A stretch of 24,437 nt of DNA from a virus (lineage: Duplodnaviria; Caudoviricetes), in IMG/VR virus record IMGVR_UViG_3300044708_000117, positions 1 to 24,437 of that record; one strand, written 5' to 3'. Under the pieces are notes generated by a model. The model was not told the DNA's origin and searched no databases. It was given only the letters and a program-made list of their open reading frames with translations. Each line of letters opens with the position of its first letter. The stretch's first letter is position 1. Both the position numbers and the translations under genes were made by a program. Shown one piece after another: positions 1-8,838 of the stretch.

Positions 1-84
1 CCGCCCCCGCCCCGCCGTTAGTCCGACACCTTCGCGGGCGACGGTACACCCGGCCCGCGCTTCTCCCCAACGGAGTTGCGCGCC

Positions 85-741
85 ATGGATGCACAAGCCC
101 GCCTCGCCCTTCTCGCCAAGAGCCTCGACGCCGATGAGCCGCTGCATGTGCAACGCGCCGAGGCGCTCGCCGATGTAGTCGAAGAGGATCGCACCGCTCG
201 CTTCATTGCGAGCGACGCGAGCGTCGATCGATACGGGGATGTCATCGAGCCGCGCGGGTGGGATCTCGCCAACTTCCGGCGCAATCCCGTTTTCTTGTGG
301 ATGCACTCCCAGTATCAGCCCATCGGCACGATCAAAAAGATCGGGCTTGAGGATGGCGCGCTCATGGCGACGGTGCGCTTCTATGATCCCGGCGACTCGA
401 AGATCGCCGACGATCTATGGCGCCTCGTGAAGAAGAAAAAGCTGCGCGCCGTCTCGGTCGGCTTCACGGTCAAGGGCGCCGAGGATTACGAATACATTCG
501 CGACGACACCGATCGCGTGACGGGCATCCGCTACTTGCGGCAAGAGTTGCTCGAATTGTCATTAGTTAGCGTGCCCGCGAATCCCAACGCGCTACAGGTA
601 GCGCGCTCGATGGGCCTCCCCGATGAACTCATCCGCCAAGCGCTGCCGCTCGATGCGTCAATCTCAGAGCAGCACCTTGCAATGCGTCGCCGCGCTTCCG
701 CGCTGCGGCTCGCGGGCATCACCAAAGCAGCGCCGCGTTAG
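85..741 (+). CDS. HK97-family prohead (maturation) protease
   Basis: Motifs DRYGDVIEPRGW, NPVFLWMH..PIG, LRAVSVGF and ELLELSLVSVPANPNA are typical of HK97-type proteases. GGAG at 72-75 favours ATG 85 over TTG 76. Confidence 0.93.
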   Translation: MDAQARLALLAKSLDADEPLHVQRAEALADVVEEDRTARFIASDASVDRYGDVIEPRGWDLANFRRNPVFLWMHSQYQPIGTIKKIGLEDGALMATVRFYDPGDSKIADDLWRLVKKKKLRAVSVGFTVKGAEDYEYIRDDTDRVTGIRYLRQELLELSLVSVPANPNALQVARSMGLPDELIRQALPLDASISEQHLAMRRRASALRLAGITKAAPR

Positions 742-779
742 GCCTCTCTATCTACCCCCAAACTATTGAGGCGAGTGCT

Positions 780-2186
780 ATGAAAGTTTCAGAAAGAATT
801 GCGGACCATACCAAGCAGCGCAAGGGCAAGACCGACGCGCTCGATGAATTGCTCAAGTTGAGCGAGACCGAGGGCCGCGCCCTCACGGGCGACGAGCAGC
901 AAAGCTTCGACGAGATCGAGAAGAGCATCGGCGACATCGACGAGACGATCACCCGACTCCGCGCGCACGAGGCGATCATCGCGCGCGGCGCGAGCCCGAT
1001 CATCCGCGAGAGCCCGCGCATCGAGGTGGCGAGCGCACCGAAGGGCGCACGCTTCGCGCGCATGTGCCAAGCGATTGCCGCCTCGCGCGGCAATCTGCCG
1101 CAGGCGCTTGAGATCGCCAAGATGCAGTGGCCCGAAGATAAAGACATGCACAGTGTCATCCGCGCGCAGTCGCTCGGCATCACGCGTGCAGCCGTCGCCG
1201 CTGCCACTACGACCGATCCGGCATGGGCGGGCGCATTAGTTAGTGCTCAGACGATGTCGGGCGAGTTGATTGAACTCGTGATGAAAGAGACTGTCATCGG
1301 GCAACTCACGCAAGTGCGGCGCGTGCCGTTTAACGTGCGCATCCCGCGCCAACTCACCGCCGTCGGCTCGGCGAAGTGGGTCGGGCAAGGCAAGAGCAAG
1401 CCGCTCGGTAAGGGCACGTATGACTTCGTCACTATTCCATGGGCGAAAGCCGCGCTCATCGTGGTGATCACCGAAGAGCTTGCGCGCTTCTCGAATCCGG
1501 CAGCCGAGGGCTTGATGCGCGATGCGTTAGTTAGGGGCATCACCGACTTTCTCAACGATCAATTCGTCGGCTCGGGCATCGCCCCCGTCGTGAATGAGTC
1601 GCCCGGTGGCATCACTAACGGGCTGCCCGTCGGGCAGACCTTCCCGAGCAGCGGCGAGGCGCTCGCGAATATCCAATACGATCTCACGCATGCGGTCTCA
1701 CTACTGCACGAGTTCAACGCACCGCGCGCACCGACGTGGATCATGCACCCGCAGAATCTCATCTACATCGGCAGCGTGCTCAACTCGTTTGGCTCGCCGG
1801 CTTTCCCGTCGGCAGCTAACAAAACGCTCATGGGCTATCCAGTGATCACCTCGGCGCACCTCGACACCGATGAGATCATCCTGCTCGATCAGGCGGGTGT
1901 GCTGCTCGCGAGCGATGACTCGGTGACGGTCGACGTATCGCGCGAGGCCTCGGTGCAGATGGATGACTCGCCCGTGACACCGGCCACCCCGTTAGTGAGT
2001 TTCTGGCAGCAGAACCTCATCGGCTTGCGCGGTGAGATGTATAGCTACTGGCAGCGCGCTCGCGATCAAGATGTCGTGATGATCACGGCAGTCGGATACG
2101 GGCAGACACCGCCCGCCGTGGTGCTCGGCACACCGGCGAGCAACGCATCGAAGCAGAGCGCATCCCCTAATAAGGCTGCGGTCTAG
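780..2186 (+). CDS. HK97-fold major capsid protein with N-terminal coiled-coil delta domain
   Basis: Helical N-terminus, AKWVGQGKSKP, VITEELARFSNPAAEGLMRD, WIMHP, VSFWQQNLIGLRGE. Lies directly after the protease. GAGG RBS at 768-771. Confidence 0.93.
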   Translation: MKVSERIADHTKQRKGKTDALDELLKLSETEGRALTGDEQQSFDEIEKSIGDIDETITRLRAHEAIIARGASPIIRESPRIEVASAPKGARFARMCQAIAASRGNLPQALEIAKMQWPEDKDMHSVIRAQSLGITRAAVAAATTTDPAWAGALVSAQTMSGELIELVMKETVIGQLTQVRRVPFNVRIPRQLTAVGSAKWVGQGKSKPLGKGTYDFVTIPWAKAALIVVITEELARFSNPAAEGLMRDALVRGITDFLNDQFVGSGIAPVVNESPGGITNGLPVGQTFPSSGEALANIQYDLTHAVSLLHEFNAPRAPTWIMHPQNLIYIGSVLNSFGSPAFPSAANKTLMGYPVITSAHLDTDEIILLDQAGVLLASDDSVTVDVSREASVQMDDSPVTPATPLVSFWQQNLIGLRGEMYSYWQRARDQDVVMITAVGYGQTPPAVVLGTPASNASKQSASPNKAAV

Positions 2187-2194
2187 CCTCGATA

Positions 2195-2232
2195 GCGGGC
2201 CCCGGGGTGAGAGCGACACCCCGGGCGCCCGC
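2195..2232 (+). promoter_or_regulatory. Strong GC stem-loop between capsid and portal (possible attenuator or mRNA-stabilising hairpin)
   Basis: GCGGGC-CCCGGGGTG / loop AGAGCGA / CACCCCGGG-C-GCCCGC. No U-tract follows. Confidence 0.55.
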
Positions 2233-2244
2233 CCCTAACTAGCC

Positions 2245-3681
2245 GTGAATCTCTTCGATGAAACTCTACTAAGGCTCGTGCGCTGGCGCACGCGGGCGAG
2301 CATGACTTCGATGCCCGCGCCGGCTAGCTACGGTGGCAACGCGCTGCCGCCACTCTCGCACGGCTCTTACGTGCACGAGCCATTCGCCGGGGCATGGCAG
2401 CAAAATAGAGAATGCTTCGGCCCGAGTGGCATCTTCTCGGCGGTGTATGCGTGCATCGCGATCATCGCAGGCGATCTCGCCAAACTACCGCCGCGCATTC
2501 GCCGCCGAAAGAGCGACGGCTCGAAGAGCGACGCCGAGAAGCACCCCGCCTCGACGGTGCTTTACTACCCTAACAAATACCAGACGCGTGTCGATTTTTG
2601 GGGCCAGTTCATGTCGAGCGCGCTTTTCACCGGGAATACATATGTATTTCTCGCGCGCGATGGCACCGGGGTGATACGTGAGATGCACATCCTCGACCCG
2701 CGCCGCGTCTCGGTGCTCATGGGCGAGGATGGCTCGATCTTCTATCGCATCGGGCAAGAGCGGCTCGCCGAGTTGCTTGAGAGCGATGTGATCCCAGCGC
2801 GCGACATCCTGCATCATCGATTGCTCACGCTCACGCACCCGCTCATCGGTCTGACACCGCTGTACGCTGCCGGTGTCTCGGCGATGACGGGGCAAACTAT
2901 TCAGCAGAATAGCTATGCGTTTTTCGCGAACATGAGCCGCGCTTCCGGCGTCCTAACTAGCCCGGGGAAAATCTCCAACGATCTCGCCGCCCGTCTAAAA
3001 ACCGAGTGGGATCAAAACTTCAAGGGCGGCAGCATGGGCCGCACGGCGGTGCTCGGCGAGGGCATGAAGTGGGAGCCACTCACCATCTCGGCAGCCGACG
3101 CGCAACTTATCGAGCAACTTCGATGGAGTATCGAGGATGTCGCGCGCTGCTTTCGCGTGCCGACCTACATGCTCACCGATGCGAGCAAGGTGAGTTTCAA
3201 AAACACCGAGCAACTCGCGCGCAATTACTACTCGCAGACTTTGCAGTATCACATCGAGAGCATCGAGGCGCGCATCGATCAAGCCTTCGAGTTAGCCGAG
3301 GATATTTACTGCGAGTTCGATCTCTCGGCATTGCTGCGGATGGAACTCGACGCGCGCATGGCTGCTTATCAGACCGGCATTAACGCCGGCATCCTAACTA
3401 TCAACGAAGCGCGGCGCATGGAAGAGCTTGAGCCGAAGGCTGGCGGCGACGAGCCGCTCGTGCAAGCGCAGTATCGCCCGCTCTCGATGGCCGGGCAGCC
3501 GATGAACATGAGCGCCGCGCCACCGCCCGAGCCCGACGCCTCGGGCGATACGGGCCTCGACGCCGAAGATCCGGCGCTCGATGACAGCACCGACGAAGCC
3601 ACGCTCGCCGACGAAGAGCTTAACGCGCTCACGCTGCGCGCCCGCGTGCGCGCTCGCGCTGCCGAGAGGTTAGCCGCATGA
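2245..3681 (+). CDS. HK97-family portal protein
   Basis: SAVYACIAIIAGDLAKLP, GNTYV, LIGLTPL, AVLGEGMKW, EDVARCFRVP, GILTINEARRME..GGD. Acidic C-terminal tail. GTG start is uncertain (alternative ATG at 2302). Confidence 0.93.
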   Translation: MNLFDETLLRLVRWRTRASMTSMPAPASYGGNALPPLSHGSYVHEPFAGAWQQNRECFGPSGIFSAVYACIAIIAGDLAKLPPRIRRRKSDGSKSDAEKHPASTVLYYPNKYQTRVDFWGQFMSSALFTGNTYVFLARDGTGVIREMHILDPRRVSVLMGEDGSIFYRIGQERLAELLESDVIPARDILHHRLLTLTHPLIGLTPLYAAGVSAMTGQTIQQNSYAFFANMSRASGVLTSPGKISNDLAARLKTEWDQNFKGGSMGRTAVLGEGMKWEPLTISAADAQLIEQLRWSIEDVARCFRVPTYMLTDASKVSFKNTEQLARNYYSQTLQYHIESIEARIDQAFELAEDIYCEFDLSALLRMELDARMAAYQTGINAGILTINEARRMEELEPKAGGDEPLVQAQYRPLSMAGQPMNMSAAPPPEPDASGDTGLDAEDPALDDSTDEATLADEELNALTLRARVRARAAERLAA

Positions 3682-4754
3682 AAGCCTTGCAAGTCGTCGA
3701 GGTGATCACCGATGCAGTGAGCGACGCGGTGCGCGAGTTACTGCCGCGCCTCATCGCCGAGCACCTCGAAGCGCGCCTCGCTGCCACCGTCACCCCGGCG
3801 CTCGCGCTCGTCGAGCGTGCGCAGTCGACGGTGCACGAGCGCATCACCGATATGCAGACCGACTTCGCGGTGCGCTGCGCCGCGCAGAGCGATGCGCTGA
3901 CAAATAGTTGGCAGCGGCAACTCGACGGGCTGCGCGGCATCATCGCCGAGCAACTCGAAGCGCGCCTCGGCGCCACGATCACCCCGGCGCTCGATACGCT
4001 GCGCCGCGATGTCGAGCGGCTCGGGCCGCACTTGCTCGATGCGAGTGCGCTCGATGAGACGCGCCGCGACTTCGAGACGCGCCTCGGCGCGCTGCGCACC
4101 GATATGCGCGTGATCGAGGCGCACACGGGCGAGCAGATCGGCTCGGCGGTGCGCGAGGCGCTCGACAAAGCCGTCGCCGCGATGCCCGCCTCGCCGGGCC
4201 CACCGGGCCCACCGGGGCGCGCTGGGCGCGACGCGGTCTTTACCCCGCCCGTGCTGTACAAGGCGGGCTCGCTGTACACGCACGGCGCCCTCGTGCAGCA
4301 CCGGGGCGGGGTGTGGCATGCCAACGTCGACACCGACGCCGAGCCGGGCGAGCCGTGCGCCGGCTGGGGGCTCGTGCTCGATGGCTGCGAGCCGCTGCGC
4401 GTCGAGGCATGGGGCGAGGCGGGCGAGTTGGCGCTCGTGTATCGCTACGCGTCGGGCACCGTGAAGCACATCGCGCTCGGCTTTCGCCCGATGCAGCACG
4501 TCGGCATCTACGACCATGGTCGCGCGTACCTCGTGAATGATTGCGTGACGTGCGATGGCTCGGTGTGGCTGGCGCGCTCGATGAGTTGTGAGGTGAAGCC
4601 GGGCACCGATGAGGGCGCTCGCGCGTGGCAGTTGATCGTCAAGCGCGGGAAAGATGGGCGAGAAGGCGCGCCCGGGCCGCGCGGTGAGCCCGGGCCCCAA
4701 GGCACCCCCGCCCCGGCGCCGCGCTCGCGCAAGATCAACGGGGCGGCACCGTGA
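3678..4754 (+). CDS. Portal-adjacent virion protein with helical repeat, collagen-like GXY stretches and two aromatic beta modules
   Basis: ATGA overlap with the portal stop. PGPPGPPG and GAPGPRGEPGPQG stretches. Modules YKAGSLYTHGALVQHRGGVWHA and YDHGRAYLVNDCVTCDGSVWLA. WQLIVKRGKDG. Confidence 0.7.
   Translation: MKALQVVEVITDAVSDAVRELLPRLIAEHLEARLAATVTPALALVERAQSTVHERITDMQTDFAVRCAAQSDALTNSWQRQLDGLRGIIAEQLEARLGATITPALDTLRRDVERLGPHLLDASALDETRRDFETRLGALRTDMRVIEAHTGEQIGSAVREALDKAVAAMPASPGPPGPPGRAGRDAVFTPPVLYKAGSLYTHGALVQHRGGVWHANVDTDAEPGEPCAGWGLVLDGCEPLRVEAWGEAGELALVYRYASGTVKHIALGFRPMQHVGIYDHGRAYLVNDCVTCDGSVWLARSMSCEVKPGTDEGARAWQLIVKRGKDGREGAPGPRGEPGPQGTPAPAPRSRKINGAAP
3752..3993 (+). repeat. 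Imperfect ~53-bp direct repeat (3752-3804 / 3941-3993)
   Basis: Encodes IAEHLEARLAATVTPAL and IAEQLEARLGATITPAL, 189 nt apart. Confidence 0.85.
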
Positions 4755-5440
4755 AGGGTGAATCGATCACCGCCCGCATACGTGCTTCGCGCCCGAGCAC
4801 GCGCGCGACCATGCCGACGCTCGACGAGATTAAAGACGCGCTCGGCATCCCGCCGAGCGACACCTCGCTCGATCAAGCCATCGCCGACGCTTTCGCCGCG
4901 ACGATCGCGATCATCGAGGCCTATCTAGGCCGGGGCATTGCATGGGGGCCGATGCTGCAGACCTTCGAGCCGGTCGATACGCGTAACCCCAAGCTTCTGC
5001 TCTATCGCTTTCCCGTTACCACGGTGCGCACGGTGACGGTCGACGACGCGCTCGTCGAGGGCTGGCGCGTGCTCAGTGCGCAAGGTGTGATCGAGTGGCG
5101 CGGGCCTCACTACTGGCCACACACCGAGTGCGGGCGCGAGCCCGTTGTCGCGATCGACTACGACGGGGGCTATGCCGACGACGCGTGGCCCGCCGATCTC
5201 ATGGATGCAATCATGCGCGCCTTCTACGCGCGGTGGCATGCGACCGGCGACACCGGCAACACCGCCGATATCAGCACGGGCGGGGCGATCACCTCGCTCT
5301 CGGTCGACGGCTCAAGCATCGCCTTCGGCGAGCCCGGCGTGAATGCTGCCGAGTTCGGCGGCAAGCCGTGGCCCCCGGAATTGCAAGGCGTCGTGGCGAT
5401 CTTGGAGCCCTACCGGCAACGCCTCGTGACGGGGGTGTGA
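4751..5440 (+). CDS. Head-tail connector/adaptor (HK97 gp6-like)
   Basis: TLDEIKDALGI..D, IEAYLGR, L.RFPV, YDGGY...PADL, ILEPYR. GTGA overlap with the upstream stop (alternative ATG 4811). Confidence 0.8.
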   Translation: MKGESITARIRASRPSTRATMPTLDEIKDALGIPPSDTSLDQAIADAFAATIAIIEAYLGRGIAWGPMLQTFEPVDTRNPKLLLYRFPVTTVRTVTVDDALVEGWRVLSAQGVIEWRGPHYWPHTECGREPVVAIDYDGGYADDAWPADLMDAIMRAFYARWHATGDTGNTADISTGGAITSLSVDGSSIAFGEPGVNAAEFGGKPWPPELQGVVAILEPYRQRLVTGV

Positions 5441-5441
5441 G

Positions 5442-5768
5442 GTGAGCGCGAACTCGATCAGCGCCGCGATTCGCACCTTGCAGAATGGCATCAAGCTACT
5501 CGGCAAGTCGGTGCAGTTTTTCGAGGCGGGCGCGATGAGCGGGCGCACGGTGCGCGCTCGCGTGGTGTACTTAAGTGCCGCAGAATTGCAGAACTCCGTC
5601 GAGCAATACCCGATGCGCGTCACCCTCGACGCGCGCGACTTCGCCACCCGCGCACCGCAGAAGGGCGACACCTTCGTGATCGATGATGCGCGGCGCGGCA
5701 TCATGCAAGTCGCCGAGTCGCACATCGGTGAGACGCTCGTGCAGTACACATGCGGGTGCAGCGGATGA
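5442..5768 (+). CDS. Putative head-closure/head-tail joining protein
   Basis: 108 aa and beta-rich, with PQKGDTFVID. Position right after the adaptor. Confidence 0.6.
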   Translation: MSANSISAAIRTLQNGIKLLGKSVQFFEAGAMSGRTVRARVVYLSAAELQNSVEQYPMRVTLDARDFATRAPQKGDTFVIDDARRGIMQVAESHIGETLVQYTCGCSG

Positions 5769-6187
5769 GCACGCTCGCAGTACGCGACGCTTTTCGCGCG
5801 CAACTATCTACCATGCTCGTGCCCGAGGGCTTCGAGTACATCGAGAGCATCAATCGCGCGGAGTCGACCAAGACGCTGCCGCTCAAGTGGTACACCCTCG
5901 ACTTCATGGCGAGCGATGACAATCGCGCCGCGCTCGGCGTGCCGACGCTCTTCCGCGAGAGCGGGCGCGTTGTCGTGGTGATCATGACACCCCAGCAACA
6001 ACTAGATAGCGAGGCCCTCGCCGCTGCCGAGATCGTGCGCAATTCAATGTGCAATTGGTTCGATGCGACCGGGCAGTTACGCGTGCAGAGCGCGCAGCCT
6101 CCTATCGATCTCGACGGCGGTGATTTTCGCGGCGCGTTTTATGGCATCACGGTGGATCTTCTCTACCAGTACGACCGGATCGTTTAA
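5765..6187 (+). CDS. Putative tail terminator protein
   Basis: ATGA overlap at 5765-5768. RESGRVVVVIMTP followed by a helix, as in tail terminators. Directly precedes the tube gene. Confidence 0.65.
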   Translation: MSTLAVRDAFRAQLSTMLVPEGFEYIESINRAESTKTLPLKWYTLDFMASDDNRAALGVPTLFRESGRVVVVIMTPQQQLDSEALAAAEIVRNSMCNWFDATGQLRVQSAQPPIDLDGGDFRGAFYGITVDLLYQYDRIV

Positions 6188-6199
6188 GGAGTAGTTAGA

Positions 6200-7312
6200 A
6201 TGGCTGTATCAGCGGACCTTCTGCGACTCGGCATAGTCCGAGAAGCGACGCCGGGGGTGACTCCCGCGACACCGGCGTTTCAATTATTGCGGGTAACTTC
6301 CGAGTCGCTGTCCTATCAACCTGAGACGCAACTCTCCAACGAATTAAATCCCGCTCGGCAAGTCAGCGATATTATTGTGACCGGCGGAAATAGTTCGGGC
6401 GAGTGCGGCATGGAGTTGTCGAGTAACCCGGGCTTCGAGTTGCTGCTCGAAGGCGCGCTCGGCAATCTGTGGGGGGGCGACGGCTTAGGCGATGATCTGT
6501 GGGTGAGTGGCTTACTACTCACGCACACCATCGAGAAGCGCTTCACCATCGACGCGGCGAATGTCGACCCGCTCAAGCAATACGAATTTAATCGATTCGT
6601 GCGCGAGATCGTCGATCAGATGGTGCTCACCTTCACGCCGGGCGGGCCGGCGACGGGCTCTGCATCGCTGCTCGGCGGTGCCATGACCCGCGACGAAGTC
6701 GATCTCACGGGCGCCACCTATCTAGATGCCGGGCAACTGCCGGTGATGGTCGGCGCCGGGGTGATCCCGATCACCTTCACCATCGAAGGCATCGATTACA
6801 CGACATGGTGCGTCTCGAATCTCGTCGTCACGTTGCGCAACAACGGGCGCGCCATCATGTGCCTCGGGCAAGACGTATCGAGCGAGACGGTGCTCGGGCG
6901 CTTCGAGTGCGAAGTCGCCGCCGAGATCTACCTCGCCGCCGACACGAGTGTCGTGATGGATGCGTTTTTGAATCGCACCGAGATTGCGATGAAATTCGAG
7001 GTGCACGACTCGCTCGGCAACGGCTATCAATTCACCTTCCCGCGCGTGCGCGTCTCGGCGTGCACCGAGGTGGCGAGCGGCACGAATCAAGATGTGATCA
7101 TGAGCACCTCGCTGCAGGCGCTCGTCGACACTGCGACGGTGACGCCGACGCTGCCGGCGACACCCTTCGATGTCGATAGCTGCATCCTGATCAAGCGCGT
7201 GCACGTCACAACGCCATGGCCCGAGGGCCCGCCGACGTTGCGGGAATTAAACGCGACGACGGGGGCCGCACTTAGCAGCGCGCCGGTAACACTGCACGAG
7301 GGCACCCCATGA
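6200..7312 (+). CDS. Major tail tube protein
   Basis: Strong RBS AAGGAG at 6186-6191. EATPGVTPATP..LRVTSESL, TIEKRF, GNGYQFTFPRV resemble siphovirus tube proteins. Precedes the chaperones. Confidence 0.85.
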   Translation: MAVSADLLRLGIVREATPGVTPATPAFQLLRVTSESLSYQPETQLSNELNPARQVSDIIVTGGNSSGECGMELSSNPGFELLLEGALGNLWGGDGLGDDLWVSGLLLTHTIEKRFTIDAANVDPLKQYEFNRFVREIVDQMVLTFTPGGPATGSASLLGGAMTRDEVDLTGATYLDAGQLPVMVGAGVIPITFTIEGIDYTTWCVSNLVVTLRNNGRAIMCLGQDVSSETVLGRFECEVAAEIYLAADTSVVMDAFLNRTEIAMKFEVHDSLGNGYQFTFPRVRVSACTEVASGTNQDVIMSTSLQALVDTATVTPTLPATPFDVDSCILIKRVHVTTPWPEGPPTLRELNATTGAALSSAPVTLHEGTP

Positions 7313-7707
7313 GTGCGCAGCCTAACGCCTATCGCTTCGGCAACTTCAACGACTGGCGCACCGATCCGGCGCTCTGCGCCAACGGGGTGCCCTACGATGC
7401 CAAGGGCGGGCGCACGTTGATAGTTAGACGGGCGGGCGGCATGAATCGCAAGCTCATGGTCGCGATCTCGGGGATCTCGCACGAGGATGAGCCCGCCTTG
7501 ATGCGCGCCTACGCCGAGCACGTCGTCGTCGGGTGGGAGGGTGTACTCGACGCCGACGGTGAGCCGATCCCGTACAGCCCCGAGGCATGCTTCGCGCTCT
7601 TCGAGTTCGCGCCCGAGTTGTTTCTTTCCATGCTGGTATTCGTCGGCGATCGGACTAACTACGGCGCCGAGAAGTTGCGGGAGTCGAAAGAGAATGTAAA
7701 AACCTAG
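7309..7707 (+). CDS. Tail assembly chaperone (gpG-like)
   Basis: YAEHVVVGWEGVLDADGEPIPYSPE..LF..PELF. Follows the tube gene and ends GTA AAA ACC TAG. Confidence 0.85.
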   Translation: MSAQPNAYRFGNFNDWRTDPALCANGVPYDAKGGRTLIVRRAGGMNRKLMVAISGISHEDEPALMRAYAEHVVVGWEGVLDADGEPIPYSPEACFALFEFAPELFLSMLVFVGDRTNYGAEKLRESKENVKT

Positions 7708-8081
7708 CCCGGTGGCAGACGCAAGTCGGCGCGCACCTCGGGGCACTGCGCGCCCTCGAAGCCACCGGGGTGCGGGTGCCGATGCTGCACGATGAGCCCG
7801 TGCTAGCACCGCGCGAAGAGATGGCGATTGTCGCTTTTCGTGACTTGCGCACCGAGCGGCAGATAGGCGTCAACGGGGTGGGCCCGATCCCATGGCGCGC
7901 CGTCGCGGCATGGTGTGATCGGTATGAGGTATTCGAGGCGGAAGAGTTGATCGAACTCGTGCAGACAATCGACGCGGAGTGGCTAGCTAGTGGGACAACT
8001 GAAAGGCCTACCAATCGAGGGCATACCGATAACGCGCCGGCTGAAAAACGGCGCGGAGTTGTATCAGGTGTTCGCCGCTGA
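7698..8081 (+). CDS. Tail assembly chaperone gpT-like segment, probably expressed as a -1 frameshift fusion (gpGT)
   Basis: The -1 frame is open across the gpG stop: KNLARWQ...AFRDLRTERQIGVNGVGPIPWRAVAAWCDRY...IDAEWL. A5 run at 7698-7702. No good RBS before GTG 7770. Confidence 0.75.
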   Translation, partial: KNLARWQTQVGAHLGALRALEATGVRVPMLHDEPVLAPREEMAIVAFRDLRTERQIGVNGVGPIPWRAVAAWCDRYEVFEAEELIELVQTIDAEWLASGTTERPTNRGHTDNAPAEKRRGVVSGVRR

Positions 8082-8826
8082 TGCGAAGGCGCTCGATACG
8101 GCGGGCACGGTGTGGATCAAGGATGTCGCCGGGCCCAAACATAGCGACATACTCAACGCCGGCAATCCCAAGTACCACACGACCGAGATCGACGGCACGA
8201 CGGGCAAGAGCGGCAACTCGCGCAGCGGCTTTCGCCCGGGCACGCTCGCCGCTGCGCACTCATCCGTGCGCTATCTATATCTCGGGCGCCAACTCGCCGA
8301 GCTAGCCAACGTGCTGCGGCCCGTGCTTCTGCAGGTGATCAACGAGACGTTTCCCAACGCCAAGACGCGCACCCTCGCACGAGAGTGGGCATGGTACGTG
8401 CAGCGCGGCGCGAGCGGCAAGAAGGGCACGGGCAAGAGCACGCCGAGCGTGCGCGTCGGTATGCGCGTGCCGCCCGACCTAACTATCTACGACGTGCTCT
8501 GGCTCGCACCCGAGGGCCGCGAGCCGGCGAGTTATGCGTGGTTTGCTAACTACTACGCGAAGAAGCGCTTCGGCTATAAATATAATATGCGCAAGCGCAA
8601 GAAGATCGGCAAGTATGTGCTGCGCAAGAAGTTGCGCGGGTACGCGTCCGAGGCTGCCATGCGCATGCGCGCCAAGAAACTCCCCGGTGTGTCGATCATG
8701 GCGATGTTTGTTAGAGAGCAACTCACCGGGCCCATTGCCGCGAGCCGACCGAAGCCGGCGAAGTGGGGTGTGCCCGTGATTCGCGTCGCCTTCGATCAGA
8801 TGCTCAAGACGGTCATAGACCCCTAA
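7990..8826 (+). CDS. Basic hypothetical protein; possibly a displaced tail-completion/neck protein
   Basis: 278-aa K/R-rich ORF with GGAG at 7976-7979 and phage-like codon use. Fills the gap between the chaperones and the tape measure gene. Confidence 0.6.
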   Translation: MGQLKGLPIEGIPITRRLKNGAELYQVFAADAKALDTAGTVWIKDVAGPKHSDILNAGNPKYHTTEIDGTTGKSGNSRSGFRPGTLAAAHSSVRYLYLGRQLAELANVLRPVLLQVINETFPNAKTRTLAREWAWYVQRGASGKKGTGKSTPSVRVGMRVPPDLTIYDVLWLAPEGREPASYAWFANYYAKKRFGYKYNMRKRKKIGKYVLRKKLRGYASEAAMRMRAKKLPGVSIMAMFVREQLTGPIAASRPKPAKWGVPVIRVAFDQMLKTVIDP

Positions 8827-8838
8827 CTAGGTGACACC

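Noticed and set aside
1-21. Possible 3' end of an upstream gene (PPPPRR-TAG), e.g. terminase
   Set aside because: Only six codons are visible, too little to support a call.
627-782. Protease-capsid fusion by frameshift or readthrough
   Set aside because: The capsid frame is open back to 627, but no slippery heptamer is visible. Readthrough of TAG 741 hits TGA at 781, and the capsid has its own RBS.
3629-4700. Long antisense ORFs (e.g. 3629-4333, 3738-4700) and similar shadow ORFs throughout the track
   Set aside because: Expected by-product of high GC and biased codon use opposite real genes. They have no RBS or recognisable motifs.
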